Of a stretch of 64,000 nucleotides of DNA, positions 19,893 through 64,000 are shown one piece after another. The notes below the pieces were generated by a model. The model ran no database searches and was not told the DNA's origin. It saw only the letters and a program-made list of their open reading frames with translations. Position 1 is the stretch's first letter. Each line of letters begins with the position of its first letter. Source of the DNA: the human T2T-CHM13v2.0 reference genome, Homo sapiens; the NCBI RefSeq assembly GCF_009914755.1, contig NC_060941.1. One strand, given 5' to 3'. The position numbers and the translations under genes are program-made.

Positions 19893-20415
19893 TAATAATA
19901 TACATATATAAATTTTTAAAAAGCAGAGAACTAAAATATATGTGAGGAATGATCCCAACCCCAATTTTAAAACAAATATACCCATACATTTATTAATTCA
20001 AAATGATGTTTATTAAGAATCTACTAGGAGCACTGGGCTCCCACGGTGGGATTTCCAGGCCCTGCCATGGGAGACGCATGGGGACTGACAGGTTCCCAGA
20101 TCCATATCCTGGCAGATGTCTCTGGCTCAGTGTCCCCCATTGGCTGCCTGCCACCTTCAAGGGAGCTCTGGGAATGGAAGTCCCCTCTCACGTACCACCA
20201 CCCTCCCCAGGCTGGCCTTTGAGAGGTGACCCCAGGGGAACCACGTTGAGGCTGCTTTCAAATCCTCCAGCGAGAGTTCCACCAAATGGCCTGGGTGGAC
20301 CAGATGAGATGAGACTGGACCATCCCCGACCGTGCTCTTCTTGCTGGGGGTGGAGGTGGGGTGGGTTGATGGACAGGGTAGACAGGCAGCCCCAGCATTA
20401 TAAAACTGAGATGCG

Positions 20416-22062
<1,647 letters not shown>

Positions 22063-22088
22063 GAAGAACTAATTAGTATATCCAGTGA

Positions 22089-23838
<1,750 letters not shown>

Positions 23839-24109
23839 TCCTTTCACGTCTTAATGGTCAGAATTTGATCATGGGCTCACTCTCAATTATTAGAAAGGGG
23901 AATGGAATTTCCAAGATTAGTTGAGTAATGAGGAATCCTCTCCTGATCTTGGCTATGTAGAGGATATGGGGGATGGAAGGGTGTGCCTGTAGAGGCTGTA
24001 TGAATATCTGAATAAAACCAGGGCTCTGGTAGGAAGAAAACATGGGGGCCAGAAATGGATATTGAATAAGCAACCAAGCGATATGACCACAACACAAGTA
24101 CCATGACCA

Positions 24110-24260
24110 GGTGATATTAGTTTCCGTGTTTTAGAGATGAGAAAATAAGTCAGAGAGGGGAAAGTGACTAGGTCAAGGTCACAAAGCTACTAAATGAAAG
24201 AGACTAGATTCAGGCCCAGGTCTGTGACTACAGCGCCCACTCCCTCAGCCACTGCACTCA
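24110..24260. mobile_element. MIR fragment
   Basis: ttttagagatgagaaaa...aagtgactaggtcaaggtcacaaagcta...gattcaggcccaggtctgtgact. Confidence 0.75.
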
Positions 24261-24361
24261 AGTGCTATGGTGGGAAAGCTGAGTTCAGGAAAGAAGAGAA
24301 TAGCTGCAAAGCTTGCCTCAAAATCAGGTAAACTTGAGCCACTTGTAAAACCTGTGATGTC

Positions 24362-25479
<1,118 letters not shown>

Positions 25480-26209
25480 CTAGGAAAAATTACTTTTCAA
25501 GTGAGGACTGAACTAAAAAAGAATTTTATTTTCTCATTCTACAGAAAGGCAGATGCAACAGTGGTAAATGCCCCATTCCCATGTTCTCAGTTCAGGGAGG
25601 TGTTCAATAGGTTGGTCTGTTTCACAGCCAACATCACCTAGGCTCCTCAGGGACAAGTACTCTTAACCAGAGCTAGAAGATGGGGCTAAAAAACAGGACA
25701 TGGATTCAGTACAGAGAGGTGGAAAGCAGCACCATGGTCAATGGATTGAGACTGGGATAGGGCCACACAAGGAGAGCATCTGAAAGCCAAATATTTAAAC
25801 CCTAAGACAAGATTCCACCCAGTCTATTTGTGCCTGCCCCAAAACCAAAAAACACATTCCATATGGCAATCAAGAGACCAAAGCATATGTATACAAACAT
25901 ACACATATATATATGTTTTGTTTTGTTTTGAGACGGAGTCTTACTCTGTCTCCCAGGCTGGAGTGCAGTAGCACAATCTCTCTGCTCAGTGCAACCTCCA
26001 CCTCCTGGGTTCAAGCGATTCTCATGCCTCAGCCTCCTGAGTAGCTGGGATTACAGGCCCACACCACCACACCCGGCTAATTTTTGTATTTTTAGTAGAG
26101 ACGGGGTTTCGTCATGTTGCCCAGGCTGGTCTCAAACTCTTGACCTCAGGTGATCTGCCCGCCTCAGCCTCCCAAAGTGCTGAGATCACTGGCGTGAGCC
26201 ACCACTTCT

Positions 26210-26739
26210 GGCCAGTGCCATATTTTCTACTATCCTGGTAAAGTAAATATTTGTACCAAACCCCACCAAACTTGAAATGAATGGAATGTTCTTAATTTTC
26301 AAGGTGCTATCTTTAAAGGTCTTCTCCAGAATGACCTGTGATATCTTTATAGGGGCCAGGGAGTTTCCCCTCAATATCAGAATTTCTTTACTTACAAGAT
26401 TATAATCTCATAAGATTATAATCTTACAATTACTTACAAGATTCTATAATTACTTACAAGATGATAATCTTACAAGATTCCATAATTACTTGCAAGATTA
26501 TAATCTTATAATTACTTACAAGATTCTATAATTACTTACAAGATTATCATCTTGTAAGTAAAGAAATTCTGATATTGAGGGGAAACCCCCTGGCCCCTAT
26601 AAAGATATCACAGGTCATTCTGGAGAAGATCTTTAAAGATAGCACCTTGAAAATTAAGAACATTCCATTCATTTCAAGTTTGGTGGGGTTTAACACAAAT
26701 ATTTACTTTACCAGGATAGTAGAAAATGTGGCGCTGGCC
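26210..26739. repeat. Long inverted repeat: ~190-bp arms (26210-26400 / 26549-26739) around a scrambled ttacttacaagattataatc array, flanked by divergently oriented Alus (25916-26213 -, 26736-27050 +)
   Basis: Arms are reverse complements with about 7 mismatches by eye. The ORF track shows mirror peptides at 26186..26374(-) and 26575..26763(+). Confidence 0.97.
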
Positions 26740-27123
26740 GGGCACAGTGGTGCACTCCTGTGATCTCTGCACTTTGGGAGGCCGAGGTGGGCAGATCACG
26801 AGGTCAGGAGCTCAAGACCAGCCTGGCCAAGATGGTGAAACACTGTCTTTACTAAAAATACAAAAATTAGCCGGGCGTGGTGGTGGGCACCCGTAATTCC
26901 AGCTACTCAGGAGGCTGAGGCAGAGACTTGCTTGAACCCAGGAGGTGGAGGTTGCAGTAAGCTGAGATCGTGGTCACTGCATTCCAGCCTGGGCGACAGA
27001 GTGAGACTCTGTCTCAAAACAAAAACAAAAACAAAAACAAAAACAAAAACACTGTGGTCTAATCTATATGTCTTTTTTCTGAATTCATTTGAACTCATTC
27101 ACTGCTATCACTAACAGTTTAAA

Positions 27124-29916
<2,793 letters not shown>

Positions 29917-30132
29917 CTAATGGTAGAGGGGTTCCCTAACTCAACACTGCCCCGTTCCTGTGGTCAGAGCACCTCTCTCTGATGTCGTCAGGAACAACCC
30001 CAGGCCAAATTCAAGTGAGAAAACTGGAGCTTAACAGTGGTTCCTAGGGTTAGTTGGATCCAAAGAATCAATTGCTAAAGTAGAAGTTGAGGGAGGTGTG
30101 AGTCAAGAACAGCCTCTGTGGAAATGACTTCA

Positions 30133-30880
30133 GGCTTTTAGTTGACAATGGGCTCGGTGTGAGTCATTCTAGGGACATGGGCTCTTGGCCAAAGAATTGC
30201 ACTGAGGATCAAGGACATGATGGTGACCTGCTGCCAGCAGCCCAGCAGCCTACGCCATAAGCAATACTTTCAGTTCTGGGTGCTTTACTGTAAATGGGAC
30301 AAGGAGGAGAGGAATTAAAGTGCTTAGGGACTTCGAGTCATGTACCGCAAGGAATGTTTGGAGAAGCTGAGAAAGAAAACTCAGGGGGCGGGGCGCGGTG
30401 GCTCACGCCTGTAATCCCAGCACTTTGGGAGGCTTTGGTGGGCAGATTGCTTGAGGCTGGGAGTTTGAGACCACCCTGGCCAACATGGCGAAACCCCATC
30501 TCTACTAAAAAATACAAAAATTAGCCAGGATCATGGAGGTGCACGCCTGTAATCCCAGCTACTAGGGAGGCTGAGGCACAAGAATCGCTTGAACCTGGGA
30601 GCCAAGATTGCGCCATTGCACTCCCGCCTGGGTGACAGAGCAAGATGCTGTCTCAAAAAAAAAAAAAAGAAAAAGAAAAAAGAAAAAGAAAAGAAAACTC
30701 AGGGGACACTAACAGCTAGCTGCCTTAACATACCTGATAAGCTATCAAGTTCAGGTCAATTAAATTTGTTCCATGTGGTTCTACAGGAAGTAGCCAGGAC
30801 CAGTGTGGTGGGGCTGTAATTGGAATTATACTGAGACAGACCTTGAGATAGGAGAACAGATTTTTGAGTAGTTTGAAATG
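30133..30880 (+). mobile_element. L3/CR1 fragment interrupted by an Alu (30388-30698)
   Basis: ggcttttagttgac, ttcagttctgggtgc, gagaaagaaaactcagggg (TSD of the Alu), ttgttccatgtgg, ccaggaccagtg. Confidence 0.65.
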
Positions 30881-31031
30881 GCAGAAGATACATTGGTCTT
30901 GAACCTGCTCCTCAAAGTGTGGTGCAGAATTGCAGCCTGGCTTCAGAGGAAGCCCATTAGACAAGGACTAGGTCTCAGCCCCCAGCTCAGACCTACTGAA
31001 TCAGTGCCTGCAGTTTAAAAAGATGCCCAGG

Positions 31032-36949
<5,918 letters not shown>

Positions 36950-37158
36950 AAGGAGCCCTGTCTTAAACTCTCACCTAGTGTCTCTTGTTGCCTTGTCTTG
37001 CTCCTAATCATCAAGACAAGTCCAGCTTCCACACCCTGGGAGCCCCAATGACCTAGAGTTTCTGCTCAGATTACAACAGTCTTGCCAAGATACAGGAATG
37101 TGGTAAAAATTTAGTTATCTCCAATAAATGGATGGTGTTGGCAGATGCATCTGCTCAG

Positions 37159-37163
<5 letters not shown>

Positions 37164-37213
<50 letters not shown>
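37164..37213. repeat. Pure (CA)n microsatellite, ~24-25 units
   Basis: Direct reading. Confidence 0.97.
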
Positions 37214-37215
<2 letters not shown>

Positions 37216-37375
37216 CATGACCTGGTGGGCTTGGATCCAGTCTCTTTTCTATGGCTGAGAAACCAGATGGGGCTAAAAATATTCATTCCTTTAATTGATT
37301 GTTTTTAAACCTTTCTTTGAGAGAATGAATTTCTAAGCCCAGGAATGTAGCTTTGAAGACCACAATAATCATTTA

Positions 37376-38494
<1,119 letters not shown>

Positions 38495-38511
38495 TGCTGC
38501 TTCATATTTCA

Positions 38512-39370
38512 TTTCATTCATTCAGGAAATATTTTATGAACATCTACCATGTGCCAGGCCACTGGGATAAAACAGTGAACAAAAACAAAATATCTATTCT
38601 CATGGACTTAGATTCTAGTGAGACAAATAGACAATAAATACACGAACAAATAAACCCATAACATGCAAAGTGATGATAAAGCCTTAGGAAAAATAAAGAA
38701 AGGCCCGTCAGCCATGTGAGTATGTAGCAAGAAGGCACCCTCTATGAAGCAGAGAACAAGCCCTTCCCAGATACCAAATCAGCTGATGCCTTGATTTTGG
38801 ACTTTCCAGCCTCTAGAACTATGCACAATAAATTCTATTGTTTTTAAATTTTCTAGAAAAGAAAAATAAAGGAGGGTAAGGGAACAAGAGTGGCAGAGGA
38901 CATTATTTCACATAGGTTAGTTGGGGAGACTTCTCTGATAAGGCTAAGTTTAAGCAGAGACTTGAATTAGGCAAGGGAGCAGTCTATGTGGATATCTGGG
39001 AGAAGATGGAGCTGTAAATGCAAGATCCTAGAGGAGGAAACAGCCAACAGTGTTCTGTCGGAGAACAGCAATGAGAAAAGGGTCGCAAGAATGGAGTGAA
39101 CAAATGAGCCACACATGGTGGCACGTGCATGTGACCACAGCCACTTGGGAGGCTGAAGCATGAGAATCACTTGAACCTGGGAGGCAGAGGTTGCAGTTAG
39201 CCAAGGTTGTGCCACTGCACTCCAGCCTGAGCAACAGAGCGAGACTCTGCCTTAAAGAAATAAAACTAAATTAAAAAATACAGAATGGAGTGAACAAAGT
39301 TGGAATTCAACCAGAAATATGATTAGGGAGAGGGAGTGGTATTATCATGTGGAGCCTTTTAGACAAGGAC
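38512..39370. mobile_element. L2 fragment containing an MLT1A-like insert and an Alu right arm (39107-39280)
   Basis: tcattcattcaggaaatattttatgaacatctaccatgtgccaggc...gtgaacaaaaacaaaa. Confidence 0.8.
38704..38850 (+). mobile_element. MLT1A-like LTR 3' fragment flanked by a 16-bp TSD
   Basis: gccatgtgag...gcaagaaggcaccctctatgaa...gccttgattttggactttccagcctctagaact...aataaattctattgttt. TSD at 38688-38703 / 38861-38876. Confidence 0.8.
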
Positions 39371-39443
39371 TTTGTGTAAGCTTTTCATGGAATATAGCAC
39401 ATATAGAGAAAAGGAAACATCGTAAGTGTACAACTCAGTGCAT

Positions 39444-41092
<1,649 letters not shown>

Positions 41093-41299
41093 ATCTAGGT
41101 TTTACTTTGATAGATGCTACCAAACTATCTTCAGACTTTGCTTTTCAAACTGAATGAAAAGGGAAATAATTTGAAGGTTCAAAGTAGAAAAATCCCATAA
41201 TCTGACTTACATCTTTAAAGGGTCACATACTATAAATTTTGAAAGATTACATTTTTTAAATATTCACCATATGAAACAAAATCCAACCTGACCAGTCCC

Positions 41300-42720
<1,421 letters not shown>

Positions 42721-42729
42721 GGCTCCTTG

Positions 42730-44160
<1,431 letters not shown>

Positions 44161-44819
44161 GGCCCAGCCATAAGTCTTATTTTGCAGCCCAAAGAGAGAA
44201 AAACAGTCCCTACAGACACTCCCCAGGGGCTCTGCCTTGGTGGGCTCTCAAATTTGGACTCTGCCTGTAGGCCAAAGGGCACTAATGTCATAAAACCCAC
44301 ACCAGGAAGCTTGCGAAGAAAAACAACTTGGCTGTTTAAGAAAAGACCCACAAACACAGTGCCGAACATGGAAATGGACAGAGGCATCGATGCAAGTTTC
44401 CAGAAGGGCAGAAAAAGCTAGAAAACTCTCCCAACACTGAGTAACCACAGCAATCTCTAGACAGGTTCTGGGCCTTATGTTTACGATGAAATGCAGGAAG
44501 CAGCTCAAAGCCTAGAATGTTATTGTGAGCATTAATATTATGTTCATAAAAGCTGTGGTATTTTTTTTCTTCTTCTCTGAAAGCCAAAGCAAGCATCTCT
44601 AAACTTGTCCTTGATAAGAGGTTAAATATAGCAGGAGGTGTCATGCCAGTATGCTGCTTCTAATTTATTTACAGAAAAGAGCCCCTATGGTGCAAGACAT
44701 TCTGTAAGCTGCTTTTTTGTTTGTTTAAACAGTTGATCATGAGCATCTTTTCATGTCGGTATGTATACATCTACACGGTTCTATGTGCTTTCTGTAAACT
44801 AAGAAACTAAGGGGTCTTC

Positions 44820-45060
44820 CTCAGTGAAAGAGGTAGAGCTTTTGTAGGAAATAGCCTGGAAGTGGGCGTGGCCATAGAGGCCCCTGGGCCCCAGCCAGGC
44901 ATCCATTCTTCCTCCCGGCTGCGGCTGCGGTGAACATTCTTGTGACCAGGAGCTCACACTTCAGCCCTTTCTCATATTCAGCAGAAACTGGCGCATCTCA
45001 AGTCTGAGCCCCACTTCCTGTTACAGCCAGAAAGCCGAGGAAGCACCACCCCTTGGCTGT
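44820..45060. promoter_or_regulatory. Candidate promoter/enhancer core (ETS plus KLF/SP)
   Basis: ggaagtgggcgtggcc at 44858-44873, cacttcctgt at 45012-45021, gaggaagc, and a local CpG cluster cccggctgcggctgcgg. Confidence 0.4.
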
Positions 45061-45968
45061 CTAGAGCTCCCCAAATCCCTGCAATTTCTTCTCACCTTGC
45101 CCCAAGCTCATGTCTTCCTTTCTAGAAGCTGGAGATGAAGGCAAAGCAACCATTCTTCCTGGGAGAGTCACCAACCATCCCCATTTGCCTGGGACTAGGG
45201 GGTCTCCTGAGTTGTGAGACTTCAGGTTTTAAAACCAGGACAACCCCAAGAAAACCAAGATAGTTGGTCAGCCCACTCCCAGAACTGGAGGCATGGCCAA
45301 TCCTGACAGAGCTGCTGGAGGTCCCCTTTTCACAGTTCCAACAAGGGTCAGGTTGGAATTTTCCAGAAGGCATACCTACAGAGATTCTCCAGCTGGGCCT
45401 GCTTGAGTCCCATGTCCACCCCAGAGATAATCGCCAGGACAGAGAGTGGATGCAGAGGAGGCAGATGAGAACCGCCCACCAGGAAACAGGCACGTCCCAT
45501 TCTACAAAGCCTTCACATGTCTGAAGCCAGCCTGACCTCTCCCCAGTTTCTCCATTTGTCCTCAAATGCAGGGCTTCCCAGGCCCTTCCCCATCTGTGGT
45601 ATTAGGGAGGGGACCACTCTGGAAGGAGACCCTAGGCTTTCCCTCCCACCTGAGTGTCAGTATTCTCAGAGGAGCCAATCTGGAAACGAGATCTCAGGAG
45701 GTCTGAGGGGAGCTGTGGCCAATGGGCAGGCCTGCGAAGGCAGAAGACACCGACTCCACTGCTGGGCTGTGGGAGACCCTCGGGGCCAGCAAAGTCAGGC
45801 AACCAGGATAGGCTCATGTTTAAGCAAAATGTCAGGAACAATTTTCAAATAATCGACTCCATTTGCTCCAATTCAGCCTTCCAACACTGCTTCAGGTAAA
45901 ATGCCTCTTTTTACATTTCAACCAACGGGTCTTATTGTTAATCTGGAAAATACACAATAAATGCATTA

Positions 45969-47010
<1,042 letters not shown>

Positions 47011-47319
47011 TTATTTGAAAATGTCAGTAGCATACACTTAAAAAAAAAGTAAATAAATAAGTAATAGAGACAAAAGACAAATCTCCCATGTAGTGTTCCA
47101 GATAATTCCTGTAGATACTCCACCTCATAACTCCCACTCCTTAAACGTGGGTTGTACATGGTGAATGACCAAAGAGGATGGTATGGAAAACGGGAAGAAA
47201 AGAGTAACTTTACAGTGGAGAAACTGACAAACACTACTTCAGCCAGGTAATTAATAGCGGAGAGAGTGAGCGTGTATGTCCTGTGTTTCTCAACTTTGCT
47301 GACACCCTATAGTCTTGTG

Positions 47320-51356
<4,037 letters not shown>

Positions 51357-51591
51357 CTACAATGGCTAACTCAGACTTGACTTAATAGAGACGTAAAGTT
51401 AAAGTTCCACCACCCAGAAGCAGCTGGGTTAGAGGGCGGTGAAATGGCTGCTGAAAGTTCATTTACAGGGTTAGCCTGGAGACAACACCCTGTTGGCTTC
51501 AAGTGTTGGCCTACAGGTTGCAGTTATGTCTTTTAAAAGCTGCTAACATTTGGAATTGTCTCCTTCAAAACTAGAAAGTGTACATCTAGAT

Positions 51592-53475
<1,884 letters not shown>

Positions 53476-53690
53476 CTACCAGGGGATTGTACTACCATGG
53501 TCATGGTTCTGATAAATTGGAAGCTAAGGCTTCCTTCAGGCCATCTGAGGATCCTCATGTCACTGATCCAGCAGGCAGGGAAGGAAAGACAAATGTCTTT
53601 CCTTTTGGCCACCCAACATCTGAACCTTCTTCCTATATATCTACGGTATAAGCAGATGACCTGGGCTCAGCTATATAAAAACAGCCCCTT

Positions 53691-57727
<4,037 letters not shown>

Positions 57728-58046
57728 AACACACACACACGGAGAATCTTATGTTGAAGTTTGTGGTCTGCTCTGCCCATTTCTATATCGCCTCCACCAT
57801 TTGCCCCTAGGAGGAGGTTCAGGACAGCATAATGGGAGTGTGAGCTGGACACTGTTCAAATGCTTGCCCTCCTACAAAGACCCTGAGGAAATGAAGCTGG
57901 AGCCCAGTGTCAGAAATCCAGTTTTATACACTGCAGTGTGGTCATCAAGAATGTTTGCCACTTTCTCCTATAGCCAAGCAAATGTTTAATTGTGGGAAAC
58001 AGGTGAGCTTCGGAGTGGCATGTGATGGTTTAAAAGGTTACTTCAT

Positions 58047-59865
<1,819 letters not shown>

Positions 59866-60682
59866 AATTAAAAATTAAAAGAAAAGAAAACTTCATAGCC
59901 GTCTTCTCCAGGAAAACAAGTCCCAAAGCCACTTGCCACTGATGCAGAGGTGCGCAGAGCCCGAGGAACACGGAACCATAGCAGCTCTGCAAGTTGATTT
60001 TATTCCAGGCTAAAAGATGCTACTTCTCAAAGAAAGGAGCTTGGAGCGTCTCTGTTTATGAATTCATTTTTCAGGGGTGGGGTGATTTCAAGAGTCCAGG
60101 CTGTTTCCTGACCATGCACACTGTGCCGGCCTGGAAGCCTCAGGCCCCAGCCAGGCTGACCACGAGCCAGACCCGGAGTAAGCTTCGTCCCACGCTTCCT
60201 GTCGGTCCAGGCAGCCTGAGTTTCCTGGTGACCCTTCCCTGCACCCAGCTGATTCAAAGGCCTGGCAAGGCCTGGTGCCAGCCAAGAAAATCTGAGGCAG
60301 CCAGGTTTGTTATTTCAAATCTCTAAACCTTCAGACCTTTGTGCTTGGCTTACATATGTGAAAGTTAAAACAAGGATGTGTGTCGCAGTGGTGATTATAA
60401 TTCAAGTAAGCAAAGATCCCTGCATGACCAGCCTTCAAATGTCAGCCCATGCTGAAGTTAACACATTTAACTCATAGAACAAAATAATTAAAATGAGGAG
60501 TAGATGCAAAATGGTACTGCCATTCTAGAAAACAGTTTGGCAGTTTCTTATAAAGTTAAACGTACACTTACCACAAGAACCAGCAATCACTCTCCTGGGT
60601 ATTTATCCCAGAGAAATGAAAATTTATGTTCATATAAAATATTGTACACAAATAATTATAACAGCTTTATTTGTAATAGTCG

Positions 60683-62151
<1,469 letters not shown>

Positions 62152-62262
62152 AGCCAAAAATTAGAAACAAGCCAAATGTCCCTCAACAAGTAAACAGATA
62201 AACACATGATGGTCTATCCATTCAGTGAAGTAACTCAGCAGTAAAAGGTAATGAGCAATTGA

Positions 62263-64000
<1,738 letters not shown>

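Noticed and set aside
26390-26560. Short repeated units superficially like a CRISPR array
   Set aside because: No unique spacers, no cas genes, and a primate context; the units are permutations of the palindrome arm end.
44869-44885. CTCF-like tggccatagaggcccc
   Set aside because: Spacing is one base short of the core consensus; too weak to call.

Overview
Hominid (human-like) non-coding genomic DNA. It is extremely Alu-dense (roughly half the window by eye) and contains one full-length SVA, which limits the source to hominoids. It also carries older L1M, L2, L3/CR1, MIR, MER5/MER33/MER58, MaLR/ERVL LTR and ERVL-internal fragments. I find no intact protein-coding gene; nearly all ORFs in the supplied track are Alu, SVA or simple-repeat artefacts. 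Points of interest: (1) a chain of phase-compatible AG..GT exon candidates on the + strand (141-15717) that splices into a ~150-aa C-terminal fragment of an apparent membrane protein with several stops and one frameshift, i.e. a candidate decayed unprocessed pseudogene that I cannot name; (2) a complex triplication of its 5' exons (1-9210) with a foreign L1 block and a captured insert at the junctions; (3) a ~530-bp near-perfect fold-back palindrome with a scrambled, template-switch-like centre (26210-26739); (4) two TSD-flanked MaLR LTR 3' fragments that end at their own polyA signal, one fused to an Alu; (5) SVA-in-Alu-in-ERVL nesting; (6) an ETS/PU.1/AP-1/IRF motif-rich, repeat-poor region at 42.7-49.7 kb. 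All repeat subfamily calls are by eye and boundaries are approximate.
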